In this document: in pieces, positions 35,653 to 44,005 of the stretch
How the letters are laid out: each line of letters starts with the position of its first letter
Position numbering within the stretch: the stretch's first letter is position 1
From: Candidatus Eiseniibacteriota bacterium
GTDB lineage: Bacteria; Eisenbacteria; RBG-16-71-46; JABDJR01; JAWXBZ01
NCBI GenBank assembly: GCA_034440375.1
Contig: JAWXBZ010000081.1
Span: 1 to 45,311 of the forward strand
Length of the DNA stretch: 45,311 nt
Direction of reading: 5' to 3'
Translations under genes and position numbers: made by a program
Notes under the pieces: model-generated
Databases searched by the model: none
What the model saw: only the letters and a program-made list of their open reading frames with translations
Told to the model about the DNA's origin: nothing

Positions 35653-36367
35653 CCGGGGTTCCCTCGAGCAGTATCCACGTATCGCTGACTCGCTGGCTTG
35701 CCAGCGTCAGCCGGTCGAGCGCGTGGAGCCACGGCAACAACGGCGGCCAGTCGAACCGCCGCCAGATCTCCCGGCTGAACCGGGTGGGTGCCACCAGTTG
35801 ATAGCCGGGCTCGAGGCCCGCCTCGCGGAACAGGGCGCTGAAGGAATTCTCATCGAACGTGTGCAGGTGTCCGTTCGGTTCGAACTCCCCGGCACAATGG
35901 GGGCAACGAAGAAATCGAAGACTTTCCCGGTACGGCACGCTGGCCAGAAAGCGGCCACCGGGCTTCAGTATCCGCCGCGCCTCACGCAAGGTGGCCAGGG
36001 GGTCGGGCAGATGTTCGATTACCTCGGCCGCGACGACGCGATCGAAGATGCCACCGGCGAATGGGAGTGAAAGGGCGTCCCCCTGAACTCGAAGGAGCCG
36101 CTCGTGACCGGCGTCCGGGAGGCGGCTCAGCCATCGCCGGGACAGATCGGCGGTGACCACCGCATGACCGGCGCGGAGCGCGCTCTCGACCAGCCACCCC
36201 TCCCCCGGCCCGATCTCGAGAATTCGGCCGGGTGGCCCCAAGCGGCGCCGGATTGATTCATTCCGATACCGGATCCCGCGGCGAGTGTTTCGATCGAGCG
36301 TGCGCCCGGCGACGTCCTCATAAAATTGACGCATCGCGCCGGGCTTGCCGGCAGGGTGGGTCGCCAT
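35645..36367 (-). CDS. Class I SAM-dependent methyltransferase with CxxC...H-x-H insert
   Basis: Motifs ILEIGPGEG, GDALSLPF, FD-x-V, VIEHL, RILKPGG, RCPHC...NGHLH. The start may instead be the downstream ATG (MRQFY). Confidence 0.88.
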   Translation of the reverse strand: MATHPAGKPGAMRQFYEDVAGRTLDRNTRRGIRYRNESIRRRLGPPGRILEIGPGEGWLVESALRAGHAVVTADLSRRWLSRLPDAGHERLLRVQGDALSLPFAGGIFDRVVAAEVIEHLPDPLATLREARRILKPGGRFLASVPYRESLRFLRCPHCAGEFEPNGHLHTFDENSFSALFREAGLEPGYQLVAPTRFSREIWRRFDWPPLLPWLHALDRLTLASQRVSDTWILLEGTPVA

Positions 36368-36428
36368 AGGCGCGGGATACTACCAGCCGGACGGACGCCT
36401 CGTCAGGTGACACGGCTCCGAGCGCGAA

Positions 36429-37088
36429 TTACCGATCGAGTATCTCGGTACCCGCCGGCGGCACGAAGACAAAGTCGGCCCGGGTGATATTTCGGTTGGT
36501 CTTGATGCTCGACAAACGAAAGACGACCGTGTCACCCCCTTCCTCGCGAAAATACAGTTCTTCCGGGAGTCCCGACTTCGAGTGCGGACGAACGACGATC
36601 TCCTGAATGGGATAGTCGAGGGTGCCGGCCAGCGGCTGAAGCCTCAATGCAGGGCCTCCCGGACCCGGTGGAGCCAGGCTGATGTCAAAGCGGCTGCCCA
36701 GTTCGCCCTTCCTTGACGCGAACAGGAGAAAGATATTGCGTGTGGCGTCCTGCCGGTCAACCAGGTGACGCTGCGCCTGATTCATCGAGGGAAAGTAGAC
36801 CAGCATCGAATCGCCCTGCATGGCGAGGACGTCCGCGTCCGGTTCGAGGTAGTCGAGCCGAAACGAATCGGGCGCCAGGAACTTGAGCCGACCCCTGGCT
36901 TCGATATTTTCGTCCGTCAGGTCGATATGGCGCACCTGCACGAAACCAGCCTGGAAGTCGTGGAGAGGAGCGAGCGCCGACTCGAGCTTTGAAAGTAACG
37001 GGCGGGCCTCGGGGAGGACGGCCGCGCCGACCCGGTCCGCCAGAGCGCACGCGAGGACGGCCGCCACGAGGGCAACCCGAAGCCCCAC
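36429..37088 (-). CDS. lolA: Outer-membrane lipoprotein carrier LolA-like protein
   Basis: Signal peptide then FQAGFVQ...ARGRL...PDSFRLDY...YFP...QA...F-x-F-x-PPAGTEILD. The start codon is uncertain (GTG 37088 chosen). Confidence 0.78.
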   Translation of the reverse strand: MGLRVALVAAVLACALADRVGAAVLPEARPLLSKLESALAPLHDFQAGFVQVRHIDLTDENIEARGRLKFLAPDSFRLDYLEPDADVLAMQGDSMLVYFPSMNQAQRHLVDRQDATRNIFLLFASRKGELGSRFDISLAPPGPGGPALRLQPLAGTLDYPIQEIVVRPHSKSGLPEELYFREEGGDTVVFRLSSIKTNRNITRADFVFVPPAGTEILDR

Positions 37089-37104
37089 GTTACCCGGTGG
37101 CGGG

Positions 37105-38001
37105 CTACCTGGCCGGTGGAGCCGAACGCAGGAAATCATCATCAATATCCTCAGGGTCGAGTCGACGGGTCCCGGGGGGGACGGACATTCGAAAAACATC
37201 GGGATCGAGCACGGGATTCGGCTCGAACGTTTGAAAGGTCAGCGTCAGACGCCGCGACACCGCCGGGAGTTCCAGATGGATGCTTCCCGGGAACCAGGAC
37301 TTCCCTGTCCACGCGTGTCGATCGTAGATAATCCGGACAATGGGTTCAGCGTCCGGCTCGCCGGATGGCAGGACCATCACGCTCTGCAGCCGCAGGCGTT
37401 CCTCGTCGTAGAAGCGACGCAATATCCGCATCGATTCCCCTTCGCCGCGGTGGCTGGTGACGACCCAGCCGCCTTTGACTCGTTCGACGCCGGACGACAT
37501 GGCTCCGGGCACCATCCGGTCGATTGACCGGGGCAGGATGGCCTCAACCAGTTCCGGCGAGGCCACGAGTGACAGCGCCTCGCCGCCGGGAAGGTTTGCC
37601 TGTGCCACCAGCACGCCGTCCCGCGGCAGATAGAGGCGAAGGCTGTCGGTATCCGCGGCGAAATCGAAGATCGAGGCGAGAATTCCGACCCGCCCGCGTA
37701 TCCGAACCAGATCCGGGCGTTGCGCCACCAGGCTGATGTCCAGCTGGCGGCCCGATGGATACTCGGGTGTCACCACCCGCAATTTTCCGGAGCCCCGGAC
37801 CGCCCCCGTGGCCAGCGCCTGGCGATTGACGATTGCAACCAGCGAGTCGGGAGAGAGATCGTCGTTGGAAAGCCGGAATTCCCGTGGCCCCCCCGAAAGA
37901 AGCGCGCACCCGGCCAAACCTGCCAGGGCGGCCGATGCCGAAAGGAGTGTAAAAAGAGACATCCATGGAACCCGGCGTTGCCGGCTCGTGTGAACCTCCA
38001 T
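37105..38001 (-). CDS. LolA/LolB-fold lipoprotein (DUF4292-like)
   Basis: Lipobox LAGC. Pattern G-x-G-x-L-x-V...QRPDLVRI...LYLP...FP-x-x-I-x-L...NP-x-L...F-x-M-x-VPPG. Confidence 0.6.
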   Translation of the reverse strand: MEVHTSRQRRVPWMSLFTLLSASAALAGLAGCALLSGGPREFRLSNDDLSPDSLVAIVNRQALATGAVRGSGKLRVVTPEYPSGRQLDISLVAQRPDLVRIRGRVGILASIFDFAADTDSLRLYLPRDGVLVAQANLPGGEALSLVASPELVEAILPRSIDRMVPGAMSSGVERVKGGWVVTSHRGEGESMRILRRFYDEERLRLQSVMVLPSGEPDAEPIVRIIYDRHAWTGKSWFPGSIHLELPAVSRRLTLTFQTFEPNPVLDPDVFRMSVPPGTRRLDPEDIDDDFLRSAPPAR

Positions 38002-38096
38002 ATATTTCCTTTAGCGCTTCATGAAAGTGAAGGGCATCCCCCGGAAGCCGGGGACGGGTTCACTCCCGTCCCTGGTTTCAGTTTTCGGTCTGTTCG

Positions 38097-38125
38097 TTGA
38101 CCGCCCATGATAGCCCACCTACAAT
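38097..38125 (+). promoter_or_regulatory. Sigma70-type promoter of the four-gene sensing operon
   Basis: TTGACC (38097-38102), 17-nt spacer, TACAAT (38120-38125), about 55 nt upstream of ATG 38180. Confidence 0.72.
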
Positions 38126-38179
38126 TTCCGTTTTGCGGTGCCGCCCGGCGGTTGCCGATCACACCCGGGACGGAGACGA

Positions 38180-39889
38180 ATGACGCGATCCCTGACCTCG
38201 AAACAACGTGCCGTCGGGCCCGCCGTGCTGCTTGCCCTGCTGATGTCGCTAACCCTGATCCCGGGAGCCGGGTTCGGTAAGCCGCCCGCCCCGGCCAATT
38301 TCTTGACCCCGTCGCTCGAGGCATTGGCCAACGCGCTGGCCGATTCGATGGAAGCTCGCTGCGCCGCCGGCTTCGTTCGGATCCTCGAGGCACGCGGCAA
38401 CGACATCCGGATCGATCGCGGTTCGAGCGGTGGATTGCGTCCGTTCACGCGCGTCACGCTCTCCCGGCCGGGGGCCCCCGCATGGAAGGCGGAGGTCGAG
38501 TCGTTGACCAAAGAGGCCACCTGGCTAAGACCGGCCGTCCCATCGACCCCGGGACCGGAGGTTGGAACGACGGCCCGAATCCGCCTCGACATCGGTCGCC
38601 TGGCACTGTCGCAACCCACCCCGGGAAATGCGGCCCAGGCGGACATCGGGCTGGCCCTCGCGTGGCACGACCGGCTGGCGTCCTTCGCGGCGGCGCGTCC
38701 GGGCTTCGAGATCGTGCGCCTCCCGAACTATCCGGATTCTGCCGAGTGGCGCGAGGTGGCTAGAGCGGCCGGTGCTGATGCGTCGGTACAAACAGACATC
38801 CGGATCGATGCGAATGGCTGGAATGTCGAATTGCGAATGGCCAGCGTTCGGCGAGGTCACTCCCTGGGAACGATCCGCGGCCATGCCCCGGCGCAGCGAC
38901 TCGGAGTCATCGACGCCGCACGGGCGACCGAACAGGCGTCGCACGAACCACCCCCCGGCCTTCGAACCGGCCTCGCCACATCCGCACTCGACGGCCCGGT
39001 CCTCGACATCATGTCCCGGCGGTGGCTGTGGAGCGATGCCCAGGTGATCTTTGACGACCGGATCGAGGCGTGGAGCGTTACGCCCGACGGCCTCTCACCG
39101 GGCTCCGTGATTGATCTGTCGACAATCTGGCCGGCTGTCACGCCGACCCGCTGGCCGGTGTCCGAGATCATCGCCGTCAACACCTTCTACGATATGACGG
39201 GAGAGGAAGCGCGCGTCAACTACAGTCTCTGCAGCAACCAGCGCCCCCGCTACCTGACCATCAACATCGAGAAGCGTGTGCCCGACAGCTTGAACCTGGT
39301 CGAGTCCGACGGACCGCTCGACCGGCTCACGGCAAGCGTGGGCGGCTGTTTCCGGGAGCTGGACCGGGTGGCGATTCCGGCGGGATTCGCCATCGAACCA
39401 ACCATGCCCCAAACCGCAATTGCCCGGCTGGCCTTGGAGGAAATCCTGAGGGACCAGAGCGGCCGGGTGCTTCGAACCGAGAGCGGACAATTCCGGCGGA
39501 AAAAGGTGGCTGTCCTCTATCACGACGAGGCAACGGCATCGCTCTGGCTTTCGTCACCCGGGGCGGCCATGAAGTTGCCCGGGGCCTTCGGCGTCGAAAT
39601 GGACGGCTACCGGGCTGGCCAGGCCGGCCCGCCGGGGTTTCTCGTCACCGGTGGTGTCCTGCCGGGCGAGGCGGACAATGTTGAGTGGTGGGTTTTCACG
39701 GAGGGGCGCTGCGAACGGCGCTGGGTCGGGCCGGCGCTCGATGGCTCGGTCACCTCGATCCTCTGCGGCGATCGCGATGGCGACGAGCGGGACGACCTGA
39801 TCCTCGGCATCGTCCGAGCCGAAGGTGACGGCTATCGTTCGCGCCTCCATCTGTACAGCAGCCGTCCACTCGGCAGGGTGACGCCATGA
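38180..39889 (+). CDS. Secreted multidomain protein (FlgT-C-like and CsgG/TolB-N-like segments, FG-GAP/VCBS-type propeller C-terminus)
   Basis: GGAG RBS and signal peptide. Segments IRIDRGSSGGL; VARAAGADASV...VELRMASVRRG; C-terminal GDRDGDERDDLILG. Domain calls are by eye. Confidence 0.6.
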   Translation: MTRSLTSKQRAVGPAVLLALLMSLTLIPGAGFGKPPAPANFLTPSLEALANALADSMEARCAAGFVRILEARGNDIRIDRGSSGGLRPFTRVTLSRPGAPAWKAEVESLTKEATWLRPAVPSTPGPEVGTTARIRLDIGRLALSQPTPGNAAQADIGLALAWHDRLASFAAARPGFEIVRLPNYPDSAEWREVARAAGADASVQTDIRIDANGWNVELRMASVRRGHSLGTIRGHAPAQRLGVIDAARATEQASHEPPPGLRTGLATSALDGPVLDIMSRRWLWSDAQVIFDDRIEAWSVTPDGLSPGSVIDLSTIWPAVTPTRWPVSEIIAVNTFYDMTGEEARVNYSLCSNQRPRYLTINIEKRVPDSLNLVESDGPLDRLTASVGGCFRELDRVAIPAGFAIEPTMPQTAIARLALEEILRDQSGRVLRTESGQFRRKKVAVLYHDEATASLWLSSPGAAMKLPGAFGVEMDGYRAGQAGPPGFLVTGGVLPGEADNVEWWVFTEGRCERRWVGPALDGSVTSILCGDRDGDERDDLILGIVRAEGDGYRSRLHLYSSRPLGRVTP

Positions 39890-40692
39890 CTCCCCGGCTT
39901 TTGCGCCGAATGACGATGGCCGGCCTTGGGCTGGTGGTCGGTTCCACTCTGGCGAGTTCGCCCGCCCACGCCGTCCGGAACCCGATCCAGGGTTCCTCGA
40001 TCACCGTCCTTGCGGCCGGAGCCCTTGAGACGCTCGATCCAACCCGGGCGGCCACGCCTGCCGAGAGGCTGATCGTGGCCAACCTGTTCGACCGGTTGGT
40101 ACGCCGCGGGGCCGACGGCCGTTGGCAACCCTCGGCGGCCGTCTCCTGGCAGGTATCGGCGGATTCGCTCGAATGGACTTTCATGCTTCGACCGGGCATG
40201 ACCTTCACCGACGGTCGGCCCGTGAATGCCGAAGCCGTCGTTCGATCCTGGGAGAGGGGCGACGCCACGGGTGTGGCCACGAGGCGCCTGCGTGGTGCGA
40301 TGGCCGCGGGCGAAGCGGGTGCCGTCATCCTGAGATTGAAGCGCCGGGTCACCGATCTCCTTTCGCATCTCGCCGACCCGGCGTACGGCATCCATGCTCC
40401 GATCGATGGACCGAACGGCGGAAATCTCGTCGGAAGCGGGCCGTTTCGCCTGACCCGTTCGGCGGGTCCTGGCGATTTCGTCCTGGTACCCCGGATGGAT
40501 CACTGCCTCGGCCGCGCGATACCGGCGGGCGTCGTGGTGAAAAGCCGGCCCGGGCAGAAAGAGCCGTTCGAAGGACTGTCAGACGTTCGCGGCGTCATCT
40601 CCGACCCGGTATCCGGCACTCTCGATTTTTCACTGGCCTTTTCCGATGGCCCGCCGCCCGCCGGACCGCCCCGGCGCACGACCCGACGCTGA
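39886..40692 (+). CDS. Shortened family-5 (OppA/DppA-like) solute-binding protein
   Basis: Signal peptide; motifs TLDP, LFDRLV, A-x-SW-x-VS-x-D-x-x-x-WTF-x-LRPG-x-x-F-x-DG-x-P, VGSGPF. Only 268 aa. Confidence 0.8.
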   Translation: MTPRLLRRMTMAGLGLVVGSTLASSPAHAVRNPIQGSSITVLAAGALETLDPTRAATPAERLIVANLFDRLVRRGADGRWQPSAAVSWQVSADSLEWTFMLRPGMTFTDGRPVNAEAVVRSWERGDATGVATRRLRGAMAAGEAGAVILRLKRRVTDLLSHLADPAYGIHAPIDGPNGGNLVGSGPFRLTRSAGPGDFVLVPRMDHCLGRAIPAGVVVKSRPGQKEPFEGLSDVRGVISDPVSGTLDFSLAFSDGPPPAGPPRRTTRR

Positions 40693-40721
40693 CCACCCTC
40701 CCGCCGGGTTAGGATGATGTC

Positions 40722-42581
40722 ATGAGGCTTCGGAACAAGATCGGCGCGGCGATGGCGGCGGTGACGCTGGCCGGCGTTGCCGTCACCGGTCTTCTGACCT
40801 GGGTGCGCATCGAGCGGACCATTCGTGAGGAATCGGAACGTGAGATCGTCGACGCCACCGCCAGGCTGGCGGACGATTGGCGGACGCTCGGCACGGACGT
40901 CGCGGGGCAACTGAGCCGGGTCATTGAGGGTCGATCGCTTCGGACGAGTCTTGACCGCCTGACCAGAGGGACCATCTCCTCCGGTTCCGTTGAGATCACC
41001 GACGTGGCGCCGCGATCGATCGCCGGTCGCGAACTCAGCTATCTCCAGATCTTCGACAGCCGGGGTCGCTCGCTGTCAGCCGACCGGTATCGCATCCGAA
41101 ACGGCCATGAGGATCGCGAGGGGTGGCGTGTCGTCAACCGAAACTCCTCCGAGGCCGTGGCCCACCAGCGCACCGTGGGGGGGAAGCGTGAATGGGCCAT
41201 CGAAACCTCCATCCCGGTGGAAGTGAATGATCAGACATTCCAGGTCGTGGGCGGCCAGCGAATCACACCCGACATCGTGGACAACCTGACCCGCCGCGCC
41301 GGGGGAATCGGTTATCTCCGCATGAGCGACTCGACACGGATCATGCCGGAAGGGGTGGTCCAGGAGGATCTGGACCATCTGGTCGCCGTGAAGCAACAGG
41401 TCGTCAACGGTCGGTCCTTCGTCGTCGGTGGTCAGGCCAACGGCGAGCCGGCCAAGATCTGCCTGATACCGATCACGGGGGCTGACGGCACCGTCATCGG
41501 GGACATCGTCCTCCGGCTCTCCCAGGCTCGCCTCGCCAGCCTCGCCCGTGAACTTTCCTGGGCCTTTCTTGGAGTCGCGGCCATCGGCCTGGTGCTGGCA
41601 TGGGCCATCGGCTTCTGGATCGCCCGACGCATCACGCGGCCCGTCGAGCAACTGGCGGTGGCCGCGCGCCGCGTCGGCGTGGGACGTGCGCCGGGGGCCA
41701 TGCCACCCGCCACCGATGACGAGGTCGGGGACCTGGTTCGAAGCTTTCGGCGGATGACCGACGACCTGGCCGAAAGTCGACGGGAGCTGGTACGGGCGGA
41801 ACGCCTGGCGGCCTGGCGCGACATCGCCCAGCGCATGGCCCACGAAATCAAGAACGCCCTCTCCCCGATCCAGATCTCGGTCGAGACCATCCAGCGAAGC
41901 CACCAGGCCGGCCACCCGGACATGGCGTCGATCGTCGACGAGTCGGTCGAGACGGTTCGCGCCGAGGTCCGTGGGTTGCGAAATCTGGTCAACGAATTTT
42001 CGCAGTTCGCCCGGATGCCGGACCTCGAGTTGACGCCGGGATCGGTGAACGGGCCGGTTGAACGAGCGGCCAACCTGCACGACCGGAACGCGCGCGACGT
42101 CCGGGTCGAGACGACTCTCGCGGACGGATTGCCCGACGTCGGCCTCGATGCCGACGCCCTGGCCCGGGCGGTCGGCAACCTGGTGCTGAATGCCGTCGAG
42201 GCGACCCCGTCCGCCGGCCGGGTCCTTGTGACCACTCTGCCAACCGAGGCGGGCGGCGTCGAAATTCTCGTGGATGACCAGGGGAGTGGCATTGCGCTCG
42301 ACAATCGCGAGCGGATCTTCGAGCCCTACTTCACCACCAAGCCCGGCGGCACGGGCCTCGGCCTCGCGATGGTCTGGAAAATCGTTTCGGAACATGCCGG
42401 ACGGGTTGAAATTCATGACGCTCCCGACGGAGGTGCCCGATTCCGAATCGTTTTGCCGGCTCGCGAGCATCGTGTCGCCCTGCCAGGCGGGTCGAGTTCG
42501 GAGGCAGCCGGGACGACCGACGGCCTGGCCCTGAATTCCGGAAGCGATCCGTCGACCGCCGGTGCCGGAGCCCTGGGTTGA
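40722..42581 (+). CDS. HAMP-domain sensor histidine kinase (NtrY-like)
   Basis: Two TM segments around a periplasmic domain; HAMP (ITRPVEQL...DEVGDL); H-box AWRDIAQRMAHEIKNAL; NLVLNA, DQGSG, FEPYFTTK, GTGLGL. Confidence 0.93.
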   Translation: MRLRNKIGAAMAAVTLAGVAVTGLLTWVRIERTIREESEREIVDATARLADDWRTLGTDVAGQLSRVIEGRSLRTSLDRLTRGTISSGSVEITDVAPRSIAGRELSYLQIFDSRGRSLSADRYRIRNGHEDREGWRVVNRNSSEAVAHQRTVGGKREWAIETSIPVEVNDQTFQVVGGQRITPDIVDNLTRRAGGIGYLRMSDSTRIMPEGVVQEDLDHLVAVKQQVVNGRSFVVGGQANGEPAKICLIPITGADGTVIGDIVLRLSQARLASLARELSWAFLGVAAIGLVLAWAIGFWIARRITRPVEQLAVAARRVGVGRAPGAMPPATDDEVGDLVRSFRRMTDDLAESRRELVRAERLAAWRDIAQRMAHEIKNALSPIQISVETIQRSHQAGHPDMASIVDESVETVRAEVRGLRNLVNEFSQFARMPDLELTPGSVNGPVERAANLHDRNARDVRVETTLADGLPDVGLDADALARAVGNLVLNAVEATPSAGRVLVTTLPTEAGGVEILVDDQGSGIALDNRERIFEPYFTTKPGGTGLGLAMVWKIVSEHAGRVEIHDAPDGGARFRIVLPAREHRVALPGGSSSEAAGTTDGLALNSGSDPSTAGAGALG

Positions 42582-43960
42582 TCCGGCGCACGGTACTCGT
42601 CGTTGATGACATGAAGAGCGCCGTCGACGCCGTGGCCCGCATGCTTAGTCTGGAAGGCTTTGACGTTCACAAGGCCTGCAGCGGTGACGAGGCGCTGTCA
42701 ATTGCGGCGCAACATCCGATCGACGTGGTCCTGCTGGACGTGCAGATGCCTGGAATGGACGGGCTGGCGACACTGGAAGCCCTCCGCGCCCGTGATCCGG
42801 GAATCGGGGCGATCATGATGTCCGCGCATGCCACGGTCGAACGGGCCGTTCGGGCCACCAAGGCGGGTGCCCACGACTTTCTCGAAAAGCCGCTGACCTC
42901 CGAAAAAGTCCTTCTGGCGGTCAGCCACGTTCTCCGCTTCGCCGACCTCGAGCGGGAAACCGCCGATCTGCGACGATCGCTCGGTTCCGAGCAGGAACTG
43001 GTGGGCGACAGTGCTCCCATGGTCCGGGTCCGCCAGATTCTTTCGCGGGTGGCCGTTACCGAGGGGCGGGTCCTGCTCGCCGGAGAGAGCGGCACGGGCA
43101 AGGAACTGGCGGCCCGAATGATTCACCGCCTGTCACCGCGTGCCGCCGCCCCCTTCATCACGGTGAACTGCGCGGCCATCCCCTCCGAACTTTTTGAAAG
43201 CGAACTGTTCGGTCATGAAAAGGGGGCCTTCACCGGCGCGGTCCGGAGCCGGCCCGGCAAGTTTGAGCAGGCCCACCATGGCACGCTGTTGCTCGACGAG
43301 ATCGGCGACATGCCGTTGGCCATGCAGGTCAAGCTCCTCCGCGTGCTGGAAACCGACGAGGTCGAACGCGTCGGCGGCACCGGCAGCCGGCGGGTCAATG
43401 TGCGCGTCGTCGCCGCCACGAATCGGGACCTGTCGCTCGCGATGAGTCGCGGACAGTTCCGTGACGACCTCTATCATCGGCTCAATGTCGTTCCGGTCCG
43501 ACTGCCCTCACTGCGCGAGCGGCCGGAGGATTTCCCCCTGCTCGTGGAACATCTGCTCCAGCGCCTTTCGGAAACGCATGGCAAGCGGATTCGTCGGTTG
43601 TCGCCCGGGGCACTTTCACGGCTGGCTGCCCGCGAGTGGCCCGGGAACGTTCGGGAGCTGCGCAACGCCCTGGAGCGACTGGTGATTCTGAGCCCCGGCG
43701 ACGTGATCGAGGATCTGGATGTGGACGCATTTCTCGCCCCCGCCGGCCTCGCGCCGGGTGAGTCCTCGCCGGTCAGCGGGGCGCCAACGGCCGGCTCACT
43801 GCGCGAACGACTTCGTGTGATGGAGAGGGACATCATTGCCGGAAGCCTGGACGCAAACAGGGGAAACGTCACGGCCACCGCGAAGGCGCTGGGCCTCGAA
43901 CGAAGTCACCTGCACCGCAAGATCCGGGAGCTGGGCGTCGACCGCGACGCGGAGGCGTGA
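42578..43960 (+). CDS. Sigma54-dependent response regulator (NtrC/NtrX family)
   Basis: Receiver domain VVDD, LLDVQMPG, FLEKP; AAA+ domain GESGTGKE, intact GAFTGA, LLDEIGD, WPGNVREL; Fis-type HTH. Confidence 0.96.
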   Translation: MIRRTVLVVDDMKSAVDAVARMLSLEGFDVHKACSGDEALSIAAQHPIDVVLLDVQMPGMDGLATLEALRARDPGIGAIMMSAHATVERAVRATKAGAHDFLEKPLTSEKVLLAVSHVLRFADLERETADLRRSLGSEQELVGDSAPMVRVRQILSRVAVTEGRVLLAGESGTGKELAARMIHRLSPRAAAPFITVNCAAIPSELFESELFGHEKGAFTGAVRSRPGKFEQAHHGTLLLDEIGDMPLAMQVKLLRVLETDEVERVGGTGSRRVNVRVVAATNRDLSLAMSRGQFRDDLYHRLNVVPVRLPSLRERPEDFPLLVEHLLQRLSETHGKRIRRLSPGALSRLAAREWPGNVRELRNALERLVILSPGDVIEDLDVDAFLAPAGLAPGESSPVSGAPTAGSLRERLRVMERDIIAGSLDANRGNVTATAKALGLERSHLHRKIRELGVDRDAEA

Positions 43961-44005
43961 CCGAACGACCGGGCGGGCGACGGCCACCGGCACCGGGCCG
44001 CATGG

